Assembly: GCA_030704615.1 (NCBI GenBank)
Contig: CM060734.1
Coordinates: forward strand, 62,062,001-62,126,000
Length of the DNA: 64,000 nt
Reading direction: 5' to 3'
Source: Takakia lepidozioides
Lineage: Eukaryota; Plantae; Bryophyta
Made by a program: the position numbers and the translations under genes
In this document: piece by piece, positions 1 to 12,814 of the stretch
Layout: the number at the start of each line of letters is the position of its first letter
How positions within the stretch are numbered: the first letter of the stretch is position 1
The notes under the pieces: model-generated
Seen by the model: the letters and a program-made list of their open reading frames with translations, nothing else
Databases searched by the model: none
What the model was told of the DNA's origin: nothing

Positions 1-939
1 CAAATGTACTGAGAGGCTTTATACACAGGATTGAAAACTTTCTTGCTCTCATGAGTCTTCAAAATGGTAGATACGTTCGGCGCTTATGGCCCCTCTCTAG
101 TCCCTGATGGTGATTTGTAGGCCTACCCTCCACAAAAGGATATGCAAGACAATCGCAGAAAATCATCTTTCCAAAGAAAGGCAGGGCATGACTGCTGAGC
201 CATGGGAGGATGCTGTTTTGAGTGTCTCATCAAACTTCCAATGTAGGAATAAGATAATGTAATCGTCCAATGGGTGGGAGAACCCATGGCCAGCAGATGC
301 ATGCATTGAGTGGGAATGATCTTGGAATAAACAAGAGTATGCAATTCTCGTAATACCCATTGTAGGCAGGTCATGTTTGTCCCATATGGCCGCTGCAAGA
401 AGTCTTTGATCAATGTGCACGCCCCACTGCACAAGCAATCCACCACATCATAAATTGAGCTTGCACCCACAAGAGAGCAGGCTCTTGCTTTTCACAAGCA
501 GTCCCTGTGAGAGACAACTGGGTCTGCAGGTCTTTCAACTTACATTTAACATGCAAGTCCTTCGACAACCATGTTGCAAAACTGAAGTGTTAGCTTGTAA
601 TAATTGATGTGCACACTTAATTTGGTCCACAACATGCCCTTAGATATGAGCATCCTGGGTGGGACAGGCCACCTATGTCTACCTATTAGCCCCCCAATAG
701 ACAAAAGTGGAAAGTGTCAGTCCTCACCTCATGAAATGTTTTCTACCTCAGTGATGCCAAACATTGAAGTTTGTCAACCAACCCACCATTTTCAGTCATA
801 AGAAACTACATACGGTGCACTAAAACTTTCTCATTACACGAGAAACGGGACAGTGGAATTAATAATATCACATCGTAAAATGTAAACTAGATTTTACTAT
901 TTTTCAAGGAAGTATCGATCTCATCGGCAAACCATCAAC

Positions 940-1290
940 CTGGGAATAAGTGTCGACACTGTTGATACAGGCACCTGTCTGCGTGTTCCAAAATTTAATA
1001 CAGCGATCAGCAGTACCCCCTCCAGACGCGAGTAAGTTGGCCTAGAAGGGGCACCAGGCAAAGTGACAGCTGCATCCCAAATGTGGAGCAAGTTGTCATT
1101 GCCTCCACTTGCTAGCTGTTGGCCTGACGGTGACCACTTGAGGCCACACACCTCCTGATTGTGTATCACTTCTTGTTGATTCATTACCCCAAACTTTCTC
1201 TGCCTCACAGAAGCTATTCAATGCTTGGAAAAGAGCCCAAAAGAAAACAACCTTACCATCATGATTGATGATGTGGCTGTCACGACCAAA
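940..1290 (-). pseudogene. CDC20: Cdc20/Fizzy WD40 APC/C activator fragment
   Basis: Minus strand reads GRDSHIINHD|gtaag, then [30 protein letters not shown], then (shifted frame) [27 protein letters not shown]. Has an internal deletion and a frameshift; no flanking exons found. Confidence 0.85.
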
Positions 1291-1439
1291 ACACGTTCAC
1301 AAGCCTAAGCAAGCAAAATGATGTGATCTGTGGAGCCTTTGCACGAAATCCGAAGCTGATCGAATGAGGGAAATGCCACGGTTTGCATTGAGCAGCGAGA
1401 CTGTTGAGAGCTTGCAAGGTGCACGATGGCGGAAAACGC

Positions 1440-2650
1440 AGAGCTCCTGCAGTTCAAGAACTTCAAGAACCGGGCAGTCCGGGCAATTCCAAAACAACTT
1501 GGCGCTTTGGGGTTTTTTGCACGGGCAATCAGGGCAGACTCGACAGAATTTGACGACGAAACGTGGCAACGATGACATGGGGACGAAAACGTGGCACTTT
1601 GGCACCCTATTCCTGCTCTACGCTAAACTAGCTTCCGACCTTCGGTCATCGCTAGAATAAGCAAGCGGCTCCGCCACAAGAGGCTCTAGCCTTGCTCTCT
1701 CCTTCGGTGATTCTCGGGTTGTTGTTATACTTTTTCCACGAGAATCATGTGATACCCTCCATAGACTAGGCATGGATAAGCCTAGTTCTCCCCATAGGCA
1801 AGACCTCTATCTCTTGCGGGTCCCATCAACCTTCCATAGACTAGGCTTAATGGATAAGCCTAGTTCTCCACCTAGGCAAGATGTTGGTATCCCGATTCCC
1901 TAATGCCTCTATCCTTACGGGATAAAGCCAACAATAGACGAACCTTAAGTGGACAATTTTAATTAATTCGCATGGATAGAGTTCGGAGCAGCGCAACATA
2001 GAAACAATTTTCATGGATTAGCAAATCGAAAAGAAGTATAACCCAATTTTCTCGTTGAATGTGATGATATGAAATCGATATGATTTTCAAAGTCTTCGAC
2101 TCGTAGGCACCTGTTTGTGACACATAGCCCCCCCCCCAAAAGCAAACAGAAATAATCTTATTATGGTTACTTTGTTATCCAATTCTAATGTCAATCGGTC
2201 GTTAAGTTAAGTAGACATAAGCATAGCCTTCTATCAAAATTGTTAGACCTTAAATGGAGGAAGACAATAGGAATAAAGTAAGAACTTAATGGACGCGTGT
2301 GGTCTAACGGTACTTTCGCCGGATTCCAGTAGCATGAGCTCCTCCGGCGGGGACCCTGTCAAATCCTCCCCACCCCCTCTTACTTCGGTTTCACTATTAA
2401 ATTCTAGCAACGACCAAAGGTCGGAAGCTAGTTTAGCGTAGAGCAGGAATAGGGTGCCTTAGTGCCACGTTTTCGTCGACACGTCATCGTCGCCACGTTT
2501 CGTAGCCACGTTTCGTCGCCACATTTCGTCATCAAATTCTGTCGAGTCTGCCCGAACTGCCCGCCTGAGAAACGCGAATAGAACTCGTCACGCCAATTTT
2601 TCGAAATTGCCCAACTTACCCGTGTCTTGATCTTGTTGAACCGTAGGAGG
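1440..2650. repeat. Inverted repeat pair (~1440-1660 vs ~2401-2650) around a ~740-bp spacer
   Basis: GGCACCCTATTCCTGCTCTACGCTAAACTAGCTTCCGACCT and adjoining sequence occur on + near 1600 and on - near 2420. Antisense ORFs 1364..1660 and 2428..2658 share GQTRQNL. Confidence 0.85.
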
Positions 2651-2697
2651 AGTTTCACAGACCGATCGCGATTCGCAGATGGAGACGTTGGAGACGT

Positions 2698-3341
2698 TCA
2701 CAGATTGTGAGTACACAGCAACAGCTCTTGCACATGGTGGGACAACCTCAATCGCAAGGTGTCGCTTTTCTGAATGTGTGATGTGAAGAAGTTTGTCCAT
2801 CCTGCAAATGTGGGCTCTTAGTACCAGGATTTGGTATTGTTCCTAATGTTTACAAGGTTCTTGGGAGATTCAGCTTGGTCTTAGCAGGCCTTTTTTCAAT
2901 CTCTGCCTGCTCAGCTGCACCTTGGTGGTTCTCACCGGCCAACCTGACATTACCCGTCTACAGACACAAGCAGCACACACAAGAGGTTTTTTTGGGGTGA
3001 TTGTCGGCCAAATCCTGCATGGATGATGACACAAGGTCATGGACAATATGGTGAGGGCACCTTCTTCTTCGACCTATTTCAGCCTGTTTTGCCCTTGCAT
3101 CAGACTCGGCCCTAAATTTTCATACAAGTTAGCTCGTTGGTAGATCTATGGTGGTTTTGGAGTGATTTGGACATGTTACTGCCAATGTGGCAACAGGAAA
3201 GTATCGAAAAACATATAACGAGAAGAAGCTCTGGAATGAATACGTTTCCGATCCCAGTCAATGGTGGAACAATCGAGGCAAAAAGGTGAATGCCTGTTGG
3301 AAGCAGACGCAAGTCAGTAGGCACTAGTGCGATAAGTAGGG
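2698..3341 (+). pseudogene. Degenerate OSB-type PDF-motif gene fragment (inverted paralog of ~13170-13865)
   Basis: WWDNLNRK|gt at ~2735 and EKKLWNEYVSDPSQWWNNRGKK|gt at ~3220-3285. Nucleotide similarity to the reverse complement of 13170-13865. Confidence 0.7.
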
Positions 3342-3672
3342 TCCGTCCTCAACACGTCTTTCAGCGTCCCGCCAAACTGCGCCAACAACCCTTCCCAAAA
3401 GGCTGCCGGCATAGGAGACATCTGTTGGTCGGTCGGAGCTCTCACGGATTCCTCGGGCTCCGACTCCTCGGATTCCTCCCGCTCTTGAGTGGCCTCGTTT
3501 TCGGAAACGTGCATCGCTCCCTCAAACGGCCGCCTCGGTGACACGTCGCCCCCATCGGGCTCACCAGGATCATCATCTTTTGGGTCGTTCCGCTTTCGCT
3601 TCGGCTTGCCCGACCCCATGATGAGGCCAATCCCAAGGACGATCACGTACTGAACTCTAAGCTCCGATACCA
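3342..3672 (-). mobile_element. PBS and start of the internal (gag-side) region of the nested chromovirus, truncated
   Basis: TGGTATCGGAGC (tRNA-iMet-type PBS, 3661-3672) lies 2 nt after the LTR end, followed by ORF MGSGKPKRKRNDPK..., which breaks off at ~3342. Confidence 0.75.
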
Positions 3673-3674
3673 AG

Positions 3675-4399
3675 TGTCGCGCACCTCACTCCGGTAAGCT
3701 CCCCTTCAAGTCATAGATACTCGCTTTGATGCGCGCGCCTGACTCCCAACCTGGCCGTCGGGCCAACTTGGAGCTTCGGCTGCTCACCGAGACATAACGG
3801 TCCCCCTTCGCTTCCCACTAAACCCTCCACCTATTTGGGCCTAGTGGAATTCCCTTTGGTAGATGGCAGTCCGGAACAGCTCCCCACTCTTTGGTCGCTT
3901 TCCGGCTCGCACGCTTACTCACTAGTTTTTGGTCCCCAACGGGCTTGCACCGTTCTCAGGGTTACTACTCCCTATATATATTTCTGTAGCTGTCCGCGGG
4001 GGTTTCACAACCAGCCATGCCATTTTATGGCGAACCACCACGAAAACCCTCGACTCCCGGTGATGAGTCGCGGTGAGTCTTGGCCCACTCACCACGACCC
4101 CTATGGACCGTGATGAGTCCCAAGACTCCCCACGTCTCCCACCACGAGGTCTCCGCCCCCATGGTGAGTCCTATGCCACCCCCACTAAGTCTCGCTAAGC
4201 TACCACCACCCCTTGTGGAGCCACCCCCACCGCAACCCGGTGTGCGGGGCTCCACCTAGTGAGCGCCTCCGCCTCCTTGAGTGCCTTGGGCACTCACGGG
4301 TGCTTCAGCCCCCCATACCTATCGCTGCCGCTGCCCCCACCACAGGGGCAGCCCCTCATGTGTCCCGACCTCCTGCCCTTAAGGCAAAGGGCCGCGACA
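3675..4399 (-). repeat. 5' LTR (725 bp) of nested Ty3/Gypsy chromovirus
   Basis: TGTCGCG...CGCGACA termini, followed by the PBS. About a dozen mismatches by eye versus 27794-28518. Preceded on - by TGGGA. Confidence 0.92.
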
Positions 4400-5936
4400 T
4401 CCCATATCTCCTCCCTCAGGAGCAGGAGGTGGACCATCCCGTCTGGGAGTCGGTACCACCTGAGCTGTAGCCATTGCAGCGAGCCTCTGCTCTAGCTGCT
4501 GAGGCCGGTTGGCCATGTCTTGGTCAACACCCTGACCTCCGCGTCCTTGGCCATGTTGAGCTTGCCCTTGGCCTGCACCTCGTGCCCGACCACCTCGTCC
4601 TCTCTGGGCTGGTCCACCTCGCCCCCGGCCACCATTGTTCCCTTGGAACTGGCCTGGGCGCAACTCAGGGTGCAAGTCATAACACTGGGCATCTCCATGC
4701 CCATACTTGCCACAATGCCCACACTGCAACTGTGCAGGCTGTGCTTGTGCCGGCCTTCTGCCACTCTCTGGGCAATCTCTCTTGATATGGGGTCCTCCAC
4801 ATGTCCAACATATCACCCCTGGTTGTTGTTGGCCTGCAAAAGATGCCACGGGCCTCTGCACATGAGGTCCCCTGTAAGCTCCATGGAACTTGGGTTGGGC
4901 AACCTTGCCCCCCTGACCACGCTGTTGGGCAGTCCCTTGTACCTGTTGGCTAGCAGCTGCACCTCGTGCAGGCATGTCCTTGCCAAATCCAATGGTAACA
5001 ACTCGCTCCTCCACCATGTTGAGCTCAATCCGCTCAGCCAGCAGAAACACATCCGCTAATGTGGGTTGGGCCGCTTGTAACAGGGTTGCATCCCGCACCC
5101 TTCTCTTGAGCTCTTTGTCCAAAATTCCATACCAGAACTGGACTGCCTGAGCTTCAGTAACCCCTTGGGTCACACTTATCAAGCGCCTCATACGAGTGTA
5201 GGCCTCTCGCAAGCTCTCACTGGATTTGCGCTGGAAGTCTTGCAAACTTCGCAGCTTCTCTGTCCGTACACCTTGGTAGTTCCTCCGCAACTCCTGGAAG
5301 AACTCCACCACCGGGTTGAATCTAGGCACATGTGTTGTAATTGTGGCAGGAGGAGTAGTAGCACATTTTTGAACTGGTACCACCTGCAGAAGTGCCGGCA
5401 CTACTTGTTCCACTACTAGTGCTTGTAGTTGGAGATATTTGTGTAACTGCTGGTGTCACCGCTGCCCTTGTGCCTCTAGTGATTGAGACATAGTTAGGTG
5501 ACCAATACTCTCGCCACTTCTCAATCTCCACCGCATGTCCCCGCCTAAATTCATGGTAATCATCCATGGGCGGCCCCTCAAGGTGCTGGAATAGCCCCTT
5601 CCACGCCATAAAGGGCGTAAACAGTTGTGGATTGCGCATTTGCTGCAAATCACACCAACTGTCAAACTCTTGTATAAAGTCATCAAGCTTGATGGTGCCC
5701 ACAGCTCCAGAGTACCTACGTGGCCCCTTGGTAGCTCCATACATCTCCTCCATCGTGTCCCACAACAATGGCATGGAAATGACTTGCACCCTCGGCGAGA
5801 ATCCTCCTGACTCCGAGTCTGAACCTTCCTCAGAAGACACTGAAGGTGAAAGTGGCCTAAACCGCACACCTTGTCTTGTGTACCCAATAGTATCGCTGGT
5901 GCTTGTACCGGCACTCCCCTCAGCAGCTGGTGGCAC
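4400..5936 (-). mobile_element. gag of the DNMT-carrying Ty3/Gypsy element (one frameshift near 5330-5410)
   Basis: Retrotransposon gag core (DFQRKSSESLREAYTRMRRL) and two Zn knuckles (CWTCGGPHIKRDC, CGHCGKYGHGDAQC). Closely similar to ORF 62602..63750. Confidence 0.88.
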
Positions 5937-6748
5937 CTCCGTGATGAAAACTCACAACCCAACCGGTTGTCAACCTGTCTCTAATCCCCACTTTCTACAA
6001 GGTAACCGGGTAAAGAACATGTTGCGGCTACTGGTTCAAGCAAGAATAATAGGTTTCTAACGTAGACCTGTACCTGCACCTACATCCACCGCAAGCACTC
6101 ATATGGTCTGCTGGTCATCAACCCAGCCTCACCATAGAAGAAACACTGGTGGTCTTGCTGGTCATCACTCCAGCCTCACCACCGACAGCATACTCTAGGA
6201 TTGGCCGGTGATCAAATCCGGACCAACCTCCTATGAAAACAAGCGTCCACACAAAACTAACATGGCGCACAGTCAAGCATGCAGGTGTAGAGGGGATCCA
6301 AACACAAGAAAATCAAGACAACAACTCCCCCACACCAAAAACACTCCACAGTGTCGCTCCTGCAAGGACACCCCAGCCCAAACCCGGACTGACTCTTGCC
6401 TCCACCTACGGAAAGGTTTTGGCCTACAGAGAGGGTGAAAGACTATGGAGAAGAGAAACTAAAGCAATTCCTAACCCCAGAATGCTCTCATCCCACCACT
6501 CTCCCTCCTGTCTCTATCCACTCGCTTGTATGGCCGTGGCAAGTATCCTTCAATATCCCTCAATCAATCTTTCAAGAGCTCTTCAACATTGTCCACCAAA
6601 GCTCCTCGAAGGGTCCTCCAAGGACCCCAAAGATCCTCCATACACTCCTCCAAGGACCCCAAAGATCCTCCAAATACTCCTCCAAGGGCCCTCAAATATC
6701 TTCCAAACAATCCTCCAAAGGCCCTTAAATTTCACTAAGTCCTTTCAC

Positions 6749-7232
6749 TGTTGATACCTTAACAGAGGTATAGTCTGAGGTTGCTAGGGTCCCTTATGTT
6801 GATGATACCTTTACAGAGGTATAGTCTGAAAATGAGGGTTCTGTTTGGTATACTAACAGAGGTATAGTCTGAGTTGATTAAGGTCCACATATGGTGATAC
6901 CTCAACAGAGGTATAGTAAAAGGGACAAGCTCCTGTTTGGTATACTAACAGAGGTATAGTCTGAACTGATTAGGGTTCACATATGGTGATACCTCAATAG
7001 AGGTATAGTAAAATGGACAAGCTCTTGTTTGGTATACTAACAGAGGTATAGTCTCACATTAGGGTTCACATATGGTGATACCTCAATAGAGGTATAGTAA
7101 AATGGACAAGCTCCTGTTTGGTATACTAACAGAGGTATAGTCTCACATTAGGGTTCACATATGGTGATACCTCAACAGAGGTATAGTCAAAGGGACAAGC
7201 TCCTGTTTGGTATACTAACAGAGGTATAGTCT
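6749..7232. repeat. Tandem array, ~11 copies of AGAGGTATAGT core, ~89-bp dimeric period
   Basis: Alternating GATACCTCAACAGAGGTATAGT and GGTATACTAACAGAGGTATAGT units. Confidence 0.92.
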
Positions 7233-8964
7233 GAGCATACACTACAAGGGTTTGTAATGAAGAGCTAGAATGCAAGTCCTTGACTTCTATGCTTCTACTC
7301 AAGCAAAAATATGGTCTCTAGGTGGTCATAAGAGGCATCTTCTTGCTCTCTTCCACCCCAATGTGCAACCGAGAGTGGTCCAACTCAACTTGCAAGTCAT
7401 ATTCCACCAAATCAATCCCCCTTCTAGTCCTTGGGATTTGATTGCAAACTACCATATCTCCATTGCCGAGCAATCATGCATTTGTCTCCTTATCACTTGA
7501 CAATTGCTCCAAATCAACACAAATTATCTCAATGTGTAGGAGCAATGCTTGTCACTTACAATAATGCTCCCAAGCAATCCGCCTTGGATCCCACTCTCAC
7601 GCCATATGCCTCATTTGGGGTCTTGCACCAATCCATCATCCATGTGCTCCCCGTGGTCATTTGAATGCATGTTTCATGACCTCTTGGCCTATGTGTTGCT
7701 CTCCTTCATCATAACATGAATCAACACCTCTCCACTTCACACACAAATGGATCTCAAAGGCCTTCACCTCTTGCTAGTTCAAGAGCTCCATTTCTCAAAC
7801 TTGAACTTACAAACTCAAGCAAGCATGCTCCACACATGCACCACTTGCTTGGTCAACTATCCACCACAAAACTCGCACTACCAAGAGCATGAATAGCCAA
7901 GTATTGCCTCCCCCTCTTGTCACATTACATAGTTAGGGTGAAGCTATGCATACATTGAATGATGATTTCCCTTCAAGGATTTCCCACCACATGTTCTCCA
8001 AGCCCTTCCAATGGCACCCTAAGCTTGGCTCCACACCACCATGATTGGAAGATTTCTTCACATGCTCCCTTTCAAAACCTCTTGAGCTTCTTAGTGCTCT
8101 CCAAGTGTTTGCCTTTGTTGTCTTCAAGCCCAAGCATATATAGCTCCTTGGCTTCTCTTCCACAACATCCACACTTTGAACTTGCTTAACCCTAGCTTGA
8201 TAGTGAAATGAGCACTAACAAGCCTTTAGTCACTCTCCACAAGCCATGGCGCACACCATCGACTCCATAATGCATACAAAGGATTCTCAAACCCTAGAAT
8301 CCATGCTTCCACACACACAAGACTTCCTCCTTACAATCCTTGCAAAATCTTGTGATTCAATAGCTTTCTTCTCAAGCTCTCCAACTCCTTGGTGCATGCA
8401 ATACTCGAGCACCTTTCCTTGCAACCCCTTGCAAGCCTTGTGATACAAGAGTTAAATTCTCCTAGCTCTCAACCTCTTTAAAATACAAGTGCAAAACTAA
8501 TCCTTACACTCCGCACTCACAAGCATAAGGTGATCTTCTTGTAGTGATAAGAGATGAGAAATGAGAGAAGTAGAAGACAATGAAAGCTCTCAAAGCATGA
8601 AGCAATCACATGAAGAACAAGCCCTAGTCCTTCCAAGTGAAATCCACTCTATCACATAAACTAAGTCAAGCCAAGGGCACCTTTGCTAAAGGAATCCACC
8701 CTCCAAAGCCCTCAACACACTCCCTCTCAATACCTAGAGCTATGGAGGTGAGAGAAGCTCATGGAGGCTCACTACAAGAAGATGAGCCTCCTCAACACTC
8801 ACAAGGGGAAAACCTATCTCCATGTCTCAAGTGAGGCTCGACACCTCACTTGGCATGTGAGACCAAATGAAGTCCCAACACACAAAATATAAATATAAAT
8901 ATATAAAATGTCATAGTTAACTAGAAGTAGGTAATTCTAGATAACCATGATTAAAACCATGACA
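6749..8964 (-). repeat. Putative ~2.2-kb 5' LTR of the DNMT-Gypsy element
   Basis: Minus strand begins TGTCATG (8964) and ends TATCAACA (6749), upstream of gag. Part (8640-8790) recurs at 15590-15765 beside a Gypsy RNase H remnant. There is no partner LTR to confirm the ends. Confidence 0.55.
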
Positions 8965-9183
8965 GATGTAAATGAACGGTGTTTTGGGGTATGGTATTTG
9001 AGGGATGTTTGTGGGGGAGTCTTGGAACTCATCACGGTCTATTGGTACTGGAGATGGCATCCTCTCAAATGCGCGTTGCTATACATGCCACAAATTAAAG
9101 TCAGTTTCTCAGGATGACAAACCCATATTCACTAAGAAATCCTCCCATCATCTGCAAAAACTCGTTTCCTGTATGTCATCCGA

Positions 9184-9715
9184 CAGTAAAGCACTTGCAT
9201 GGTGGACCTTCTTGGACGTGAGGGACAACCGGATGAGGCAGTGGACATGATCAATGAAATGCCCATAAATCCAGGTGTTGTGGTGTGGAAGGCCTTGCTT
9301 GGTGCTTGCAGAATCCATGGCAATGTGGAGATTGCTGAACGTGCAACAACATCTATCCTCATATGGGCTGAACATGATGCCGCGACTTATATGTTGCTCG
9401 AGCAAACATCTATGCTGCAGCTGGCAAGTGGGATGATATTACAAAGGTGAGAAGAATGATGAAGGTCAAAGTGGTTAGAAACGAGCTAGGTCGCTGCTAC
9501 ATTGAGGTTGGCAATAGGGTGGACACTTTCATTATAGATGACAAGTTGCATCCCAGAATTAAGGAAATCCATGCTAAGTTAAGAAGATTGACTGGGAAGA
9601 TGAAGGAGGCGGGGTATGTGCTTGACAGGCGCTTTGTATTGCATGATGTGGGGGAGGAGGAAAAGACATTTTCTCTTTGCCACCACAGTGAGAAGCTAGC
9701 CATTGGTTTTGGCAT
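9184..9715 (+). pseudogene. PPR E/E+/DYW RNA-editing factor C-terminal fragment
   Basis: MVDLLGREG...WKALLGACRIHGNVE, then GRCYIEV...MKEAGYV...LCHHSEKLAIGFG. Frameshifted and truncated before CxxC. Confidence 0.9.
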
Positions 9716-10281
9716 ATCTACCTTTGTATGTGAAATGTAGTGGGTACAAAACCCAAATTTCACCGGTTGCATGGCCAAAATGCAATGGGGGATTGAATTT
9801 CTAAGTGAATTGGAATTTGCAACGGTCAATCTATAGCATGGAAGCATTGAAAGCTACTGGAAAAAAAACCTGATGCAAATGTAAAAAATTCCACCTAGGA
9901 TGGAGTATTTAGTGAGATTCCAACTCAAGCTAAATTTCCAAAAAGAAGCTGCACTGGCCTTTCAGGGCCCGCCACGTGTGCTGGTCAAGCCATCCCTACC
10001 ACGACCCCTGCATACGGATTTTTGTATTTACTCAATGGGGCCAATATTAAATGCGTTGGATTCCTCTATTCAAGGGCTACAGTTTTTATTTAGGGCCATA
10101 CCTCATCCGAAGTCATCCACAGCAGCTGTGGGACTTACAAAAAAGGACGTGCCAAGGATGCAACCAGAAACTAGATCATTTAGGGGTTAACGAATTATTG
10201 AAGTTATATTTTTAGAAAAAATACTTATTCAAACAGATACCAAAACACACCCCTTGCAGGGAAGGAGAGTTTGCCTTAGTG

Positions 10282-11400
10282 CATCTGCTACTCTCTGTAA
10301 TCTAATAGGCATTCACCTTTTTGCCTAGGTTGTCCCGGTCAGAAAAGTATTCATTCCACAGCTCATCCTCATCTGTGTTACCTGTTTCTGGATACTTTCC
10401 TATTGTCACTTGGCACCTGGCACTATCATATCAAAGTCACTCCAAACTATCAAAGATTTACTCAACCAGCTAACTTACAGAATTCAACATGAAAATTTAG
10501 GGCCGATTCCGATAAGAGGGAAAAAAACAGGGTGAAATATGTTGATATGTTGCATTGATTAGCAGTGCCTGATTTATCAATTGTGCTGCTTCTGCTGTGG
10601 CTTCCAGGTGACCATCCCATGCAGGTTTCTTGTAGCTATCCTTCCACAGGGAATCATAGGTAATATGGAGCTTGAAATCCGGCCCTCTTGGATGGTCTGG
10701 ACCCAGTACACTCTATCCCTGCTCCTTCGGCTACCCATGCCTCTGCACAGATCATGCATTCATCCTTACATTGCTGTTAGCAGCTGACAATGACAGCCTA
10801 GATTTGTTCCAGCAAACACCCAACTCAGCTTATCACACTAGTTCCTATTCTCAATTCCATCTGCTACTCTCTGTAATCCAACAGCCATTTACCTTTTTGC
10901 CTCGGTTGTCCCACCATTGACTGGGGTCAGAAAAGTATTCATTCCACAGCTTCTCATCCTCTCTGTTACCTATTTCTGGATACTTTCCTATTGTCACTTT
11001 GGCAGTAAAAGTCACTCCAAACTATCAAAGATTCACTCAACCAGCTAACTTGAACATGAAAATCTAGGGCCGAAAAATAGGGTGAAATGTGTTGAACAAG
11101 GTACCTTGATAAGCAGTGTCTGATTTTATCAGTTGTGCCGCCGCTGCTGCGGCTACCAGTTGACCATCTACCCATGCAGGTTTCTTATAGCTATTGATCC
11201 ACAGGGAATCATAGGTAATTTGGAGTGTGAAATCCGGCCCTCTTGGATGAATCTGGACCCACACTCTATCCCTGCTCCTCCACCTATCCATGCCTCTGCA
11301 CAAATCATGCATGCATCCTTGCCTTGCTGCTAGCAGCTGACAACGACAGCCTAGAAATCTTCCAGCCAACACCCCAACCATACTTATCACACTAGTTCCT
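10282..11400 (-). pseudogene. Two tandem ~575-bp units encoding intron-split OSB-type PDF motifs
   Basis: EKLWNEYFSDPSQWWDNRGKK|gt...ag|HPRGPDFKLHITYDSLW..YKKPAW. A second unit reads IHPRGPDFTLQITYDSLWINSYKKPAWVDGQL. Confidence 0.75.
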
Positions 11401-12559
11401 ATGCGCTACAAAACTGCTGAGGCCCGTAGCATCAGTATGAGGTAAGTGGTAGAACACCTAGTGTCATGTTGTCAACTACAAGAGTGTTAAAGATGCCCAA
11501 TAAGTACCAACAAGCCCAAACAACTTATGTGATGACATATGGCATGAGAAACCAAAAACCAACGTGTACCTCTTGGGATGACATGACAAGGTCAATGCAA
11601 ATGAACCATCGTGGTACCTGCCCTCCACAACCATCCCAAAACCAGTCCCATGGGATGACTTGAGGGATTCATCAATGACTAAGTATAACAAACACGACAA
11701 TGGGCTTCCATAAGCATGTGAAACCGACATACGAAACCAGATAATGGACTGAAGAAACCATGATACAAGTGACAAGAAAAACAAGAAAAACAAGAAAGAC
11801 CTAAGGTTGGTATAAGCAGCCCTAAAATAAGAAATAGTGCTCTACCAAGGCATGTTCAAAACTCCGTGGAGGCCTGGTAGGACATCCCTGAAAGCAGTAA
11901 ACAGCTTATGAGGTGATGCATTGTTCAAGGAAAACAAGAAACAAAATGACATAGCCCCCTCCACAAGCAGCCCACAAAACCACTATTGCCAATGAAAACA
12001 GGAAACAAAACATGGTAGGAAAACAAAAAACAAAAATGAAACAGCCCTCCACAAGCCTGCGTGACAAACGTCCAGCTTTGCAACTGGAAAAAGGGGAAGA
12101 ACAATAAACAACCCTCCACAAAAATTGCCACTGAAGAAAAGAAACAAACAACAAAGAGACCTCCAGAAAAAGCCCACACCATAGTGTACCTGTTGGGCCG
12201 AGGTGCGATTGACCACATGCAGCCCCCTCCACAAGCCGAAAAAAATGAGTGTTGCCACTGAAAACAGGAAACGAAACATATCAGGACCTCCACAAGCTAT
12301 ACAAAGCCCATCAAACAATGATTGGAGGCCTCGACAAGCAGCCCACTAACCAGATAACAGCTTGTGGGAACGGCTTGATCAGCTCACTAGCCTGACAGTG
12401 CTAACCACGATGAGCACTACACACGGATAACTTAGCAAAAGGTAAGGGAGACGATGCTACGCCTCATGCGCAATCCAGGTGATATTTGTAGGTCCTGCCA
12501 TCACTATGAGCACTGATACTATGCTCCATGACACCACATTGCATACAGCACCTTAGCTG

Positions 12560-12800
12560 CCCAACACCCCCTTTAATGCATCCTTCATGCACCCGCATTT
12601 GGCATACATGTCCACCACGGCACTGGTCAGGATGACATCTGATAAAATCCCAGCTTTGATGATGCCACCATGGACCTCTTCCCCATTTTCCAGGGCGCTA
12701 GGATCGAACACGCATTGCAAACACAAACAAATGTGACTGGCCTGGGCTCCACCCTTTCTCGCATCATTTGCTGATAAGTCTCCAAAGCCTCATCACATGC
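12560..12800 (-). pseudogene. PLS-class PPR fragment
   Basis: EALETYQQMMRERVEPRPVTFVCVCNAC, then (shifted) AVVDMYAKCGCMKDA. Confidence 0.8.
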
Positions 12801-12814
12801 CTTTGCTTTGCGAG

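Noticed and set aside
1-800. Possible decayed coding sequence
   Set aside because: No family recognised in any frame, and the best-looking frame has stops.
3835-4495. Duplicated small ORFs (also 27635-28442)
   Set aside because: Incidental frames within the GC-rich LTR; they are identical only because the LTR is duplicated.
6749-7232. CRISPR-like regularly spaced palindromic repeats
   Set aside because: The spacers are themselves repeated rather than unique, there are no cas genes, and the context is a eukaryotic LTR.
11403-12560. Hydrophobic ORFs and recurring CCCTCCACAAGC motif
   Set aside because: Low-complexity degenerate repeat, probably TE-derived; ends cannot be defined.
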